64,000 bases of DNA from a virus, in IMG/VR virus record IMGVR_UViG_3300047564_005433, positions 9,392-73,391 of that record; one strand, given 5' to 3'. Of this stretch, positions 27,096 to 38,369 are shown in pieces. Below the pieces are notes generated by a model that did not search any database, had not been told where the DNA came from, and saw only the letters and a program-made list of their open reading frames with translations. The stretch's first letter is position 1. Each line of letters starts with the position of its first letter. A program made the position numbers and the translations under genes.

Positions 27096-30000
27096 TTAGA
27101 ACGTTCCTTCGTCAACAGTGGCATCAATGGTGCCAGCAGAGAAGTTACCGCTTGAATCGCGGGCAACAATTGCGCTAGCAGTGTTGGCACTAGTGGCAGT
27201 CGTTGCGCTATTGCTAACCTTTCCAGCGGTGGAAATTGTACTGAGCTTAGTGTCGGCAATGCTGCCTGCAAGCATCGCATTTGTGACAGTGCCGCTATCT
27301 CCAGTGGTAACAATGGTGCCAGTAGTGTCTGGCAGCGTAATCACCTTGTCCGATGTGGCATCAGCAGCGGCGAGTTGAATTTCAAAAGCATTGTCGGTGG
27401 CGCCTTCAAAAAGCAACGTGCCAGTGGTGCCAATAACCACTTCGCCAGTAATAGTGCCGCCTGCACGGGGCAATGCAGCATTGGCCAGGTCGTAAGCGCT
27501 CTTCACTGCAGTGGCAGTAGCTGCAAGCGTAGAACTTGTGGTGGACGTGCTGTCAGTAAGAATGACAGTACCACGAACGCTTGTTGTGGCATCTGGGATG
27601 GAAATAACTGGCGTGGTGGAGCCACTAACAACAGTGAGAGGAGCGTTCACACTCACTGAAAGAACAGTGCCACTTGCGGGCGTAGCCCATTTCACTCCAG
27701 TGCCAAGTGCTGAATCAGCCGTCAACACTTGTCCATTGGTACCAACTGCTTGCTTCAGTAGAACAGTGCCACTGCCAACAAGAAGATCACCTTTGGTATA
27801 AGCATTAAAGCTTGTGCCGCCATAGCCAATGGCAAGAATGCCACTCGCTACATTGTTTACATTCCTGCATTCAGTGCTAACTTCTTCAATTGCCGCTTGC
27901 ACATTTCCTGCAGCAATGCCTGCGGCAGGCGAGAATGCAACTTGCGAGGCAGTCTGAGAAAGATAGGTGGAGCTAACGTCCACTTCCGTCCATGCCGTGC
28001 CATTGCAAAGCAAGATGTCCGGCGGTTGCAAAACAGTGGTAGGAGCTGGTGAAACGCCAGTACCTCCGCTGGAGACCACCACGTAATAGCGATTAAAAGT
28101 GGCCGATGGAGTGGGAAGTGGTTGTCCTACACTCAAGCCAACTGCTGCACCATCGCTACTTGTGCTGGCAATGGTATTTCCGCTTGCGTTATAAGTGCCA
28201 GCAAAAATAATTTCGCCAACACTAATGCCAACTGGGTTCCAAACGTTACCATCCCACAGATAGAGATCTTTCTCCAATGGATTGAAGAAAAATTGTCCAA
28301 TAAAATCAGCAACTGGCGGTGCTTCACCAAACTGACTTACGGAATAGTTTGCCAGTTTTGAAGCAAGAATGGAATCATCTGCAATTAAGCCACTGCCAAA
28401 TGTGCCTGTCGTAATCTTGGAAGCAGGAAGAGAAGGAATGTCGTCTGCTACAAGAGACGTTTCGCCAGCATTAACGTGTCCTTCCGTATCTACCGTCACT
28501 TTGTAATAAGTGCCAGAAGCCACGCTGTTTGCGTGATTGAAGATGCCGCTAACAGTGACTAAGCCAGTACCAGCTTGTGCCACACCTAGTGCAGCAATGG
28601 TTGCCTTGGGAAGGTCATCAGCGGAGATAGCTCTAAAAGTCGGAGCAGCATCAGCACTGCCACTAGCTGGGCCAGCAAAGAAACGAGCAGCAACTTGCGT
28701 GTTTAAGGAAGGAACAATGGATGCACTAAATTCATCCGGGTAGGAAGTGGCAAAGCTATAAATAGTGTCGCCAGAAATAACCGTAGTAGAAAGGCCAGCT
28801 TGCCGCTGCCAAGTGCTTCCATTCCATGTGTATTCGTAGCCCGTACCAGTATTTAGCCATTGTTGGCCAATGAATTCACCGCTGCCCGTTGGCGTGGAAC
28901 CAGCGACAATGGCGGCAGAATTATCTGCCATCTTGACGCCAGTGACTGCTCCATTGGCAATCTTGGCAGTAATAACAGCGGCATCATTAATCTTCGCTGA
29001 AGTGACTGCAGAATTAGCAATGGTTGCAGCAAACGCTCCAGTGCCAGTGCCCGTCACGTCTCCAGAAAGAGTGATTGTTTGATCGCCAGTATTAGTGCCG
29101 GTGGAAGTGCCAGAGAAAGTGCCATCTTGAACGGCTAATGTGCCAAGTCCAAGCGTTTCTCTAATGTCTGCAATACTGGCATCGTCAAGGATAGAACGAG
29201 CAGCAGAAGTGCAAGCAATTTCTTCTACAGTGCCGCCGCTTGCGGAAAAGCGCCCAAGAATGACATCGCTAGAACTTGTGGATTGAATTTTGCTGTAGGA
29301 AACTGCCGCGTCAGCAATTTTGACAGCAGTAACGCCACTGTTGACAATCTTGGCAGTGGTAACTGAATCGCTGGCAAGCTTGGCATCCGTGATGTTTCCA
29401 TCAGCAATCTTGATGGTGGTTACGCCACTGTCAGCAAGTTTTGCAGTGGTAATTGCACTGTCGGCAATATTCGCAGTGACAATGGAGGAGGAATCATAAT
29501 CGCCGCTTCCAACTGTATTTTTTACAGCTAGCGAACCAAGGCCAAGCGTTGTACGTTGTGCGCCTGCATCAGCATCATCAAGAATGGCACGACCAGCAGC
29601 AGTGATTGCACTAGTGGCGTAAGTGTCAGACGCAGTGGTATAAATGAGCTGACCAGATGCAGTGGTCAGTCCTGCAATTGAAGCCAGGGCGGAATCATAA
29701 GCCTGCACGTCAGTGCCAATAACCAAGCCAAGATTGGTGCGGGCGCCAGAAGCAGTAGATGCGCCTGTACCGCCGTCTGCAATGGCAAGATCAGTGATGC
29801 CACTGATAATTCCCCCATTGATCGTGGCGTAAGAGATGGTGCCACTACTAAGCACTGCCGTGCCACCAGTGATTGCCACGCCAGAAGCAGCTTGCACTGC
29901 CATGGTGCCAAGGCCAAGTGTTGTACGCTGAGCAGCAGCATCGGCATCGTCCAGAAGCGCCCTACCAGCCTCAGTGAGCGTGATGCTTTCCACGTTGCCA

Positions 30001-32096
30001 CTGCCAGCGGAAGCCCGACCAAGAAGCACGCCACTTGCTACTTGCTGGATCTTGGCGAACGTAACTGCATTGTCTGCAATGGCGGCGGTAGGAATGGAGC
30101 CGCTTGCATAGCTTCCAGAGGGAATGGAGCTAGCAGTAATGACAGCGCCGGAAAGTTCTCCAGAAGAAAGACTTAACTTGCTAATGGTGACAGCACCAGA
30201 TGCAATCTTTGCAGTAGTAATTCCGCTATCAACGAGCTGTGCAGTATTGACACTGCCGCTTGCCATCTTGGCGAGAGTTACGGCGGAATCGACAATGTTG
30301 ATTGTGGCAACGGATCCGCTGGACAGCTTTTCTTGGGTGACTCCGCTATTGACTAGTTGGCTCGTTCCAACACTGTTACTCGCCATCTTGGCAAGCGTTA
30401 CAGCAGCATCAACAAGATTAACGGTATCAACAGCGCCACTAGAGAGTTTCGACTGGGTGATGCCGCTATCAACGATATTTGCAGTTGCCACTGCATTCGC
30501 TGCCAGTTTGGCTTGAGTGACGCCACTGTTGACCAAATTGATGGTATTGACGCTATCGGCTGCAAGCTTTGCAAAAGTGACGCCACTATCAACTAAATTA
30601 ATAGTTGCCACTGCATCGGCAGCAAGTTTCGCTTGGGTGATTCCGCTGTTGACAATGTTGATTGTCGCCACCGCGTCAGTGGCAAGTTTTGCCTGGGTGA
30701 CGCCACTATCAACAAGCTGAGAAGTGTCAATGCTATTGCTTGCCATTTTGGCAAGCGTCACCGAAGCATCAATAATATTAATGGTATCAATGGACCCACT
30801 CGCCAACTTGGCTTGTGTGATGCCGCTATTGACAATCTGAGAAGTGCCAACACTATTGCTTGCTAATTTTGCAATCGTTACAGAGGAATCGACGATATTG
30901 ACGGTATCCACAGCTCCGCTAGAAAGCTTTGCCTGAGTGATGCCACTATCGACAATATTGACAGTAGCAACGCTGCCAGAAGCAAGCTTTGCCTGAGTGA
31001 TGCCACTATCAACTACATTGACAGTTGCCACGGCATTTGCAGCCAGCTTAGCTTGAGTGACGCCACTGGCAACAATCTGAGCAGTATCAACGCTATTGCT
31101 CGCCATTTTGGCGAGCGTAACGCTACTGTCAACAAGATTAATCGTTGCGATTGCTCCACTTGCAAGCTTTGCTTGAGTGACGCCGCTATCAACTAATTGA
31201 GCAGTGCCAACACTGCCACTGGCCATTTTTGCAATGGTAACGGCGCTATCAACAATATTGATTGTCGCCACTGCATCGCTTGCTAGCTTTGCCTGCGTAA
31301 CACCACTATCAATAAGATTGACAGTGCCAACGCTATTTGCAGCAAGTTTGTTTTGAGTGATGCCACTATCGGCAATATTGGTGGTGCCAACTACGCCACT
31401 TGCTAGCTTGGCTTGCGTAACACTGCCGTCAACAATTTGAATGGTTCCAACAGAGTTGGAAGCCATTTTTGCCAGCGTAATACCACTAGCAGCCAAATGA
31501 ACAGTGTCAATGGCGCCAGCGCTTACATTGGCGCCAGTAATACCACTAGTTTGAATTTTGGCAGAAGTTACGGCGCCATCAAGGATTTTTACAGTTTCTA
31601 CTGCATCGCTAGCAAGCTTGCCAGCAGTAATGGCAAGATTGTTTATTTTGCCGGTGGTAACACTGAGGTCTTCAAGGAGAGACGTGTTAATTGTATTGCC
31701 AGTGGCAACCACCCCAAGTTCAAGCGTTGAACGAGCAGCAGCAGCATCCGCATCGTCAAGAAGCGTGCGAATGTAAACCGTACAATCAATCTCCTCTACA
31801 TCACCAAGAGACGTGCCGCGACCCAGTAATTTATTGGCACTTACTTGCTGGATTTTGTCGTAAGTGAGAGTATTGGCAGCAATGGAAGAACCAGTTAATT
31901 TTGCCGCACTGCCTTGATTGATCTTGGAAATATCGAGCGTTGAAGCATCAGCAAGATTAAAGCCTGCCTGAATCAGGCTCTTTACTTGCACCTTCTTGGT
32001 TTGATTGGCGCTAACGTCTGCAATAGGCAATACGTCGTTTGAAGCTACGCCTCCCTGAGGAAGTTCGACGAGTTCCGTAATTCTTTGATCGGCCAT
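27096..32096 (-). CDS. Long tail fibre / structural protein with tandem repeats
   Basis: 1666 aa, Ser/Thr/Ala/Gly-rich; N-terminal MAD.RITEL. Confidence 0.8.
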   Translation of the reverse strand: MADQRITELVELPQGGVASNDVLPIADVSANQTKKVQVKSLIQAGFNLADASTLDISKINQGSAAKLTGSSIAANTLTYDKIQQVSANKLLGRGTSLGDVEEIDCTVYIRTLLDDADAAAARSTLELGVVATGNTINTSLLEDLSVTTGKINNLAITAGKLASDAVETVKILDGAVTSAKIQTSGITGANVSAGAIDTVHLAASGITLAKMASNSVGTIQIVDGSVTQAKLASGVVGTTNIADSGITQNKLAANSVGTVNLIDSGVTQAKLASDAVATINIVDSAVTIAKMASGSVGTAQLVDSGVTQAKLASGAIATINLVDSSVTLAKMASNSVDTAQIVASGVTQAKLAANAVATVNVVDSGITQAKLASGSVATVNIVDSGITQAKLSSGAVDTVNIVDSSVTIAKLASNSVGTSQIVNSGITQAKLASGSIDTINIIDASVTLAKMASNSIDTSQLVDSGVTQAKLATDAVATINIVNSGITQAKLAADAVATINLVDSGVTFAKLAADSVNTINLVNSGVTQAKLAANAVATANIVDSGITQSKLSSGAVDTVNLVDAAVTLAKMASNSVGTSQLVNSGVTQEKLSSGSVATINIVDSAVTLAKMASGSVNTAQLVDSGITTAKIASGAVTISKLSLSSGELSGAVITASSIPSGSYASGSIPTAAIADNAVTFAKIQQVASGVLLGRASAGSGNVESITLTEAGRALLDDADAAAQRTTLGLGTMAVQAASGVAITGGTAVLSSGTISYATINGGIISGITDLAIADGGTGASTASGARTNLGLVIGTDVQAYDSALASIAGLTTASGQLIYTTASDTYATSAITAAGRAILDDADAGAQRTTLGLGSLAVKNTVGSGDYDSSSIVTANIADSAITTAKLADSGVTTIKIADGNITDAKLASDSVTTAKIVNSGVTAVKIADAAVSYSKIQSTSSSDVILGRFSASGGTVEEIACTSAARSILDDASIADIRETLGLGTLAVQDGTFSGTSTGTNTGDQTITLSGDVTGTGTGAFAATIANSAVTSAKINDAAVITAKIANGAVTGVKMADNSAAIVAGSTPTGSGEFIGQQWLNTGTGYEYTWNGSTWQRQAGLSTTVISGDTIYSFATSYPDEFSASIVPSLNTQVAARFFAGPASGSADAAPTFRAISADDLPKATIAALGVAQAGTGLVTVSGIFNHANSVASGTYYKVTVDTEGHVNAGETSLVADDIPSLPASKITTGTFGSGLIADDSILASKLANYSVSQFGEAPPVADFIGQFFFNPLEKDLYLWDGNVWNPVGISVGEIIFAGTYNASGNTIASTSSDGAAVGLSVGQPLPTPSATFNRYYVVVSSGGTGVSPAPTTVLQPPDILLCNGTAWTEVDVSSTYLSQTASQVAFSPAAGIAAGNVQAAIEEVSTECRNVNNVASGILAIGYGGTSFNAYTKGDLLVGSGTVLLKQAVGTNGQVLTADSALGTGVKWATPASGTVLSVSVNAPLTVVSGSTTPVISIPDATTSVRGTVILTDSTSTTSSTLAATATAVKSAYDLANAALPRAGGTITGEVVIGTTGTLLFEGATDNAFEIQLAAADATSDKVITLPDTTGTIVTTGDSGTVTNAMLAGSIADTKLSTISTAGKVSNSATTATSANTASAIVARDSSGNFSAGTIDATVDEGTF
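30180..31660 (-). repeat. Tandem 60-nt (20 aa) coding repeat, about 20 or more copies
   Basis: Consensus SG(V/I)TQAKLAS.AV.T.N(I/L)VD. Confidence 0.9.
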
Positions 32097-32172
32097 CTCT
32101 CAAAAAGGCAGGGCTAAATACAGTCTAGTCTCTCTCGATAATAGCTATTATTGCCCGCTGCTCTTTGCCTTG

Positions 32173-33183
32173 TTAATCCACCACTTCTTTTAACAGGTAA
32201 TCAAGGCCCTGTTCAAGGTAAATGGCATCATAATCTTCCTTCAGAATGTACTCTGCAGGCACTCCCACTCGAATTTTGAATTCTCCAGTGGTAACAAAGT
32301 CAACAGAACACGCCACCAACGCATCGGAAGTAACAGTGACGCCTGCTCTTGTTACCACTGCTTCAATATCGTAATAAACTTCCTCCCTAAAGCCTGGCGT
32401 TTCTTCTGTAGAGGATATGGCAAGTAAAGCCTTAAAGCTGCTTCCCACGTCCAGGCGGTTAATCACTTGTAACAGAAATAGCGGTATGTCTTGGTTTGCT
32501 ACTGTTTCATAGCTAAACAAGCATTCAATGCTTCCATTGCCACTTAACAAGCCAGCCGAATACTGCTGCTTAAAGCGATCAGACAAACTCGTTGTCTCCA
32601 TCGCAGCCCTGTCCGTATTAATCTCAAATGATGTGACAGAACCAAGTGTATTGTATCTAGTGTCTCTTACGCCCACTGTAATATCAATGGGTTCGCCATA
32701 AAAGTCTGCTAAAGCATATTCGCTTGCCCTTTCATTATTCACTGCATCGGCAAAAGTGGGAAACAAGCGAATGCCTCCCACTGCATTAATGTGGGCATAA
32801 GCCGTTAAGCTATTTGCAATGACATAATCACTGAGCCTAAACTCGTCATATCCTGCAGGCGGTAAATCGCTACTGGTGCTAATTTCATCATCTAACCACC
32901 CCGCCAATCCAGCGGTGCTTCCCGAAGACCATACCACTGCGCTATAGCCATCAACATCCTGTCCAGGTATGTCCCAAAATGTGGCAGGCATAAACAAAAG
33001 ACCTCTTGGATCTTCTGTTGAAATCTCAAGGAAATCTCCTGTGATTAAATTATTATCGCTCCCATCAAAACTAAAGCGATTTAATAGTGTGTTTACATCG
33101 CTAGCGGAAACAGTGGCCGTGAAAGTGTTCTCGCCCCCTCGCTGAAGCTTGATAGCGCCTGTGTGGCCAACAAAAAACGTCAT
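32173..33183 (-). CDS. Tail structural protein (tube-like C-terminal domain)
   Basis: Shares F..G.TG..L and W/F...T.R...ETT.L.D features with 33245-33664. Confidence 0.6.
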   Translation of the reverse strand: MTFFVGHTGAIKLQRGGENTFTATVSASDVNTLLNRFSFDGSDNNLITGDFLEISTEDPRGLLFMPATFWDIPGQDVDGYSAVVWSSGSTAGLAGWLDDEISTSSDLPPAGYDEFRLSDYVIANSLTAYAHINAVGGIRLFPTFADAVNNERASEYALADFYGEPIDITVGVRDTRYNTLGSVTSFEINTDRAAMETTSLSDRFKQQYSAGLLSGNGSIECLFSYETVANQDIPLFLLQVINRLDVGSSFKALLAISSTEETPGFREEVYYDIEAVVTRAGVTVTSDALVACSVDFVTTGEFKIRVGVPAEYILKEDYDAIYLEQGLDYLLKEVVD

Positions 33184-33244
33184 CTCGCTTCAGCGACTAT
33201 TCTTCCATTGTACGAACAATGCAAATTGTAAATTAAGCTTCTGA

Positions 33245-33664
33245 TCAAGTGGTACCAGTAAGAGTGACAGAAGTGAGGGGGCCGTTGATTGTAAAGTTGA
33301 ACGAAACAGTGGTTAGCTCGTCGGTGGACGAAGTTATGCTGGCACTGTTAATAAAAGCATCGGCAGTGAAAGACTGACTGGTGCCCACTTCAAAAGTGAG
33401 AGCCACTTCATCTGTGTCAGTGACAGCGCCAGTTTTAGCAATCTTTTCAAGAAGATTGGTCACATCAGTGGTGTCGCCGTTGTAATACGACAGCGTGGCG
33501 CTACCAGTGGCACTAAACAGCCCAGGAGTGAACGTATTCGCGGTATCTCCCAGTGCCGTAGTATCAAGCATGTTTACGGAAGTATCAAGCGTCCAGTTAC
33601 GAACTTTTGACACCTCGCTGCCGCCAAGACGCAGCTTACCAGTGCGACCAGTGTAAAAAGGCAT
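33245..33664 (-). CDS. Tail tube-like minor protein
   Basis: YTG..G.L...V.NWTL.....LDTT.LGD motif. Confidence 0.65.
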   Translation of the reverse strand: MPFYTGRTGKLRLGGSEVSKVRNWTLDTSVNMLDTTALGDTANTFTPGLFSATGSATLSYYNGDTTDVTNLLEKIAKTGAVTDTDEVALTFEVGTSQSFTADAFINSASITSSTDELTTVSFNFTINGPLTSVTLTGTT

Positions 33665-33709
33665 TGTCTTAAAGCTTTTTGTTTATGATAGCGAGATTTA
33701 CCATGCGTG

Positions 33710-36700
33710 TTAGTCAATTAAGAACGCATCGTCAAAATTGGCAATCTTTGATAAAGTGGCGCCGCCAACTTCTTCGCAAGGATGTTCAATAGCGCTAATC
33801 GTAATCTCACCTTCCTCTTCCATTGAAACGTCAGTCACGCGAAATACGCGCTTCACTTCAGATGGTATGCCAAGCACAAACAACCATCCTTCATAATTTA
33901 TCAGCGCGGAGGATTGATTGTCAACAATGGAAACAGAGGAAAGTTTAGTGGGCGAATCTTGGCCGTTATAAAGCAAGATGGTATAGCTTCCGTTTATGGC
34001 ATCTTCAACTAATGGAATATTCAGCTTTCCACCTTCCTCGATGACGCCACTTCTAATATCATCCCATTGATCTCTACCTAATTGCACGTAAATATAAGAT
34101 CCAGGAGCAACAGGGCTTTCAGTGGGGAATGTTTTAAATTCAATGGCACGACGAGAGAAGCGACGTTGCTGGCAAAGAAGCTTGCCATATTTAATCGCCT
34201 GCTCTCTGCTGCTTACGAAAGTAGACAGGTCAAAAGTTTGACGGATGCTATCAGCTTCAATGGCATCAGCTCGCATGATTTGCAAGCTAGTGTTTTGAGG
34301 GAAAACATTATCGTCTGCAGTGTTCCTATAGACAATGGTGGCGATTAAATCTTGCGTATTGTCCCCATAGTCAAGAAACTCCTCTTTGTAACTGTCCTCC
34401 AAAATATTGCCTTGATTAAACAAGGCGGAAATTTGAATGGCCCTTGAAATCCTATAGAGAGGGTCATAAGGTACTGCCGGAATGAGGGTTTCCTTGCCGC
34501 CAATGCGCGCAAACTCAAGCAAGCTAAACGGAGCGGTTTGCGCCCAAAATTCACGCCATGACGTGGGATCAGCAATCACGCCGTCCATAAACAATTCATT
34601 TTCTTCGCAAAAACGCTGCGAAATACTAAGCTGCTTTTTGTCTATGCCATTTTCATTGGCATAGGCAGCAATACCGTTTTCCTTGTCAAGGATGGTATCT
34701 AAAAAAATCTCTGGCGCATAGCTAGTTGATTCAACGGCATCTCCGTAATTTCCCTCTGTATCAAGAAACTTTCTAACCTTCTTTCCCTTATTCACCCATG
34801 CACTAAGCGAACGCAAATCTCTCACTCCTTGCCCGCTATAGATATTCAAGCCAAGCATTGCCATGCCATCGTAAATAGACGGCGTAAGTGCTTGCTTTTG
34901 TTGCTCTGTTACTGCGACAAGAGCAATTTCTGCTCCACTTTCAAAAGAAAAGGAAATTTGCGTGTCACTACGAAGTGAGAACAGGCCCCATTCATCAACA
35001 AATTTAGGAGTGCGATTAAGTGGAGGGCGACGGCGAATTGTATTAACAGGATCGCGTCCTTTGTAAACAAAAGAAAACCCGTTGCCAAACGTAATTTGCT
35101 TGCCAGCAATGGATCCCTTCGTTCCAGCAGTGCGCAAATAAATCATGGGCATATCATTGCCATCGTTGTGAGTGCGCAATTCTGCTGCTAAGTCAACAAT
35201 GGGCTCAAGCTTAAATTGCCATTTTGCTTTTGATGGCGCAATAAATCGTAGTCCTACATAGGAGTCAAGTTCCTTGCCATTTCTAATGGCAAAAACGTAT
35301 GGAACCAAGCTGTATTGACTAGTGGGATCAAAAGGATCCTTGTACCACAGCCAGAACATAGAAGTGCGATTGCGAATGCCATTGTCACTATCTTTATGGC
35401 CCTGCTGATCTTCTTCTGCATATTTATTCATGCGCCCTTGAATGCGTTGAAACACCTTGGCCTTAAATGCAAAATTAACCACTTCACATTTTGTTATACA
35501 TTCGTAACGGATTTCATCAATCTTGGCAATACATTTGGTGTTGAAATAGTCATTCCACGAATCTTCGTCCTTTAGTTGCGCGACGATGTTGTTTAAATTC
35601 GCCACTGCCGCGTTATAACTCGCAGTCCATGCGGATTGAGCTGCGTTTTCAGCGCTGGAATCCCGCTCGACATTGCTTGCAACTTCGGCTCTTCTTTTCG
35701 TAAGATTGCGCCGTCTAGCTTTTAACTTTTTACGCTCTTCTCTAAGATCAGTATTTTTCGCACCATCGTAAAGACCCTGTTCAATGGCACGAGTGGTAAG
35801 GCGTGAATACTGGTCTTTTAGTTCTCCCTTCTTGGCACGCTTAACTGCAATTTGTTTTGCCTTTTCTTCTTTTGCATCTTGGAGCTGACGCTTTTGTGCA
35901 TTAGTTCTGCTTCCAGCGGGAGTATCCCTAATAGTGCCAATTGTATTTTCTGCAGCATCTATCTTATCGTTTGCGCTTTTAATGTCATTTTCAAGCTGAT
36001 CAATGGCAAGCCTAATGCCTTTAAAGACCCCCTCTTCTTTAATGACATTCAAAAGTTCGCTGCCCGTAAGATTGCCTTTCAAGATGGCAGTGGCACTTTC
36101 AATGGCATTGTCAATTTCCTCTAGCTCAGCATCAAAAGCTGCAATCTTATCAGCTCCAGGCCCTTTAAATCGTTCTGCAAATGCAGCACTTTTTTCCGTA
36201 TTAAGAGTGCTGATCGTGTTTTCGGCTTCTCGCTTTTGCCTCCTTAGATCCTGCTCGTTTTCTTGATAACGCCTAGTGCCATAATCCTCTTCGCAAAGCA
36301 CTCCGCTTTCGACGCATTCAAAAACAAAAGTGCCCTCAATGTCGCTCCCGTTTTGAATATTATCCGCACGTAATTTAAACTTCGCCGCGCCAATCTTATA
36401 AGTGCTAGCAGGATCAAAGGTGTTGATATAAGCGCTTCTTAAATCAATAGCCGCACGCTCCACTTGATCAGTAGGCTTATTGTCATCTTCACTGAAAACA
36501 ACAAAAAGCAAACTACCCTTTGGAAGAGCTGGTCTCACTCCAGTGGTCGGCCATGTGTTAGGCCAATAAATCCCTCTGCCTTGTACAGGAAAACCATTGA
36601 GAACCGACTGTGGCACGTTAATGCCTAAGGAGTCTTGCTTTAAATTGCCTTCATCATCTCTATCTTCTACTTGCACTCGCAATGGCACAACGTCGTACAG

Positions 36701-37435
36701 TCCTAGTGAAGAACTAGTTGTAGGGGAGAAAGCTTGGCTATAACCTTGTGTTCTATTTTGCCCATTGGTAATGACAGTGCAAAGATCGGCATTGCCAGTG
36801 GTATAAACTGGATCGTCTTCTGCTCGTACATCAGTGGGCAGCTTTCTGTCTTTAAAGAAAAGCCTGCTCTGATCTTCGTTGGCGTAAAGAAAATAGCGCT
36901 GCGAAGCCAGGTCCCTAAGTGGGGTTTGACCAAATGCAGTGCGACCATAATCAAAACTTTGAATGGGACCAGCACCTATGACTGTCAACATCTGCATGTA
37001 CTGGCTAGTGCCAAAACTATGCACTGCAGACCAAACAAGAGAAGTGTTAACGCGCAATCCTCCTGCTAGCTTGTTTTCGTCAGCATTGGTATAAATTAAG
37101 TTGACGGGTTCTCCATATCGAGCAACTTCTTGAAGCGAATTGAAGCCATAACGCGGAGCAAAAAATGGATTACGGGATTGTCTTCCCATTTTGTCGCCTG
37201 GAACTTCAGGCTTTGGCGCAAGTAATGTTGCTGCAACTTGCGCAACCGTGCCAACAATCGAGATGATTGCAGCGGCTAACGCCCATTCGGCCCCTGTTCC
37301 CATCCTTACGTCAAGGATGGTGCCCTGCTTTTCGTCGCGGTAATTTAACCTGGCTAAATAAAACTGCCAATACTCTTCCTCAGAAATTTGCAGAGCATCA
37401 ATAAGAGCACGTTCGTAAGGAAGAAGCTTTCTCAT
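33710..37435 (-). CDS. Central tail tip / host-specificity protein (gpJ-like) with internal coiled coil
   Basis: Size, position after NlpC/P60, ALFN.GNI, G.YI, V.....E.E..I.A.EHP. Confidence 0.65.
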   Translation of the reverse strand: MRKLLPYERALIDALQISEEEYWQFYLARLNYRDEKQGTILDVRMGTGAEWALAAAIISIVGTVAQVAATLLAPKPEVPGDKMGRQSRNPFFAPRYGFNSLQEVARYGEPVNLIYTNADENKLAGGLRVNTSLVWSAVHSFGTSQYMQMLTVIGAGPIQSFDYGRTAFGQTPLRDLASQRYFLYANEDQSRLFFKDRKLPTDVRAEDDPVYTTGNADLCTVITNGQNRTQGYSQAFSPTTSSSLGLYDVVPLRVQVEDRDDEGNLKQDSLGINVPQSVLNGFPVQGRGIYWPNTWPTTGVRPALPKGSLLFVVFSEDDNKPTDQVERAAIDLRSAYINTFDPASTYKIGAAKFKLRADNIQNGSDIEGTFVFECVESGVLCEEDYGTRRYQENEQDLRRQKREAENTISTLNTEKSAAFAERFKGPGADKIAAFDAELEEIDNAIESATAILKGNLTGSELLNVIKEEGVFKGIRLAIDQLENDIKSANDKIDAAENTIGTIRDTPAGSRTNAQKRQLQDAKEEKAKQIAVKRAKKGELKDQYSRLTTRAIEQGLYDGAKNTDLREERKKLKARRRNLTKRRAEVASNVERDSSAENAAQSAWTASYNAAVANLNNIVAQLKDEDSWNDYFNTKCIAKIDEIRYECITKCEVVNFAFKAKVFQRIQGRMNKYAEEDQQGHKDSDNGIRNRTSMFWLWYKDPFDPTSQYSLVPYVFAIRNGKELDSYVGLRFIAPSKAKWQFKLEPIVDLAAELRTHNDGNDMPMIYLRTAGTKGSIAGKQITFGNGFSFVYKGRDPVNTIRRRPPLNRTPKFVDEWGLFSLRSDTQISFSFESGAEIALVAVTEQQKQALTPSIYDGMAMLGLNIYSGQGVRDLRSLSAWVNKGKKVRKFLDTEGNYGDAVESTSYAPEIFLDTILDKENGIAAYANENGIDKKQLSISQRFCEENELFMDGVIADPTSWREFWAQTAPFSLLEFARIGGKETLIPAVPYDPLYRISRAIQISALFNQGNILEDSYKEEFLDYGDNTQDLIATIVYRNTADDNVFPQNTSLQIMRADAIEADSIRQTFDLSTFVSSREQAIKYGKLLCQQRRFSRRAIEFKTFPTESPVAPGSYIYVQLGRDQWDDIRSGVIEEGGKLNIPLVEDAINGSYTILLYNGQDSPTKLSSVSIVDNQSSALINYEGWLFVLGIPSEVKRVFRVTDVSMEEEGEITISAIEHPCEEVGGATLSKIANFDDAFLID

Positions 37436-37827
37436 TGTTTAATATCTGGCAGCATTTTAAATAGCTTCAACGATGGAAATAAGCGAGACCAGTATGATCT
37501 GCCTCCTCGTGAAACCGTAAGTATTCCCCCATCATAAGCCACTCCAACTGCTATCTCGCCTCCTAATTTTGGCAAAATAATTGCAACATTGCCATCTTTT
37601 TTCTCAAAAGTTCTTTTGCCATTTTCAAACAACCATCTCACAATTCGCCGCATTGGCAAATTGCCAGAATCATATTCATCATATGCCCATCGAAACTCAT
37701 CCTCATAGTCGTGCAATCCAAGCCGTCGCCTTACTTCACATACGAGCATAAAACAATCGCTCTTTCCATTGCCCTCGCAAAAGCGAGCCCTCCGTTCATA
37801 TTGCAAGCCAATTAAATCATTGATCAT
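37432..37827 (-). CDS. NlpC/P60-like tail tip assembly protein
   Basis: DLIG..Y......DCF.LV.EV...LG pattern. Confidence 0.65.
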   Translation of the reverse strand: MINDLIGLQYERRARFCEGNGKSDCFMLVCEVRRRLGLHDYEDEFRWAYDEYDSGNLPMRRIVRWLFENGKRTFEKKDGNVAIILPKLGGEIAVGVAYDGGILTVSRGGRSYWSRLFPSLKLFKMLPDIKQ

Positions 37828-38369
37828 CGTAGGTTTACTTCTGCATTCAATGGCAAAATGCCAACATTTTTAGACGTGAATGTACGACGAGGAAAACTTG
37901 CTCCTACACTGTCCATGGAAGAACGAAATCGAAGCTCAACGGTTGTATCGTCAAATGAAGCTCCTACGCCCACGTAAAATTCTTCATATTGCGCCGTTGC
38001 AGAAGCAAGGCTATACGATGCGTAGTCTGTAATATCACCAGTGCTTGCCATCCATATGGTTTTTAAGGAAAGTTTGCTAAGCCTATTGCCATTTCCTTCT
38101 TCTACCATTGCTACGGTAAATTCACTATGGGGAAACAGCAGTCGCAATATACTGTTATCTCCATTCAATGCTGCTAATGCTCCTTCAGCTCGAAATGGCG
38201 CAAAACGATATACCGGCGAAGCAGTGCCAGGCACTGCTACAGCGGCAAAATCTTTGCCAAAAAAATAGTTTTGGTATAAATGCTGTCGTCCTTGTGGCGC
38301 CTTTTCTGTTGGCGGCGTTTCAATGGAAGCAAAATTGGCAATGTGAATAGTGGTGGCAGTCATAATCAA
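37824..38369 (-). CDS. Minor tail protein (gpL-like position)
   Basis: Y.FAPF, L...S..D.V....PRR; gene order. Confidence 0.55.
   Translation of the reverse strand: MIMTATTIHIANFASIETPPTEKAPQGRQHLYQNYFFGKDFAAVAVPGTASPVYRFAPFRAEGALAALNGDNSILRLLFPHSEFTVAMVEEGNGNRLSKLSLKTIWMASTGDITDYASYSLASATAQYEEFYVGVGASFDDTTVELRFRSSMDSVGASFPRRTFTSKNVGILPLNAEVNLR

Noticed and set aside
30180-31660. Regularly spaced repeats suggesting a CRISPR array
   Set aside because: These are in-frame degenerate 60-nt coding repeats with no unique spacers, and no cas genes are present
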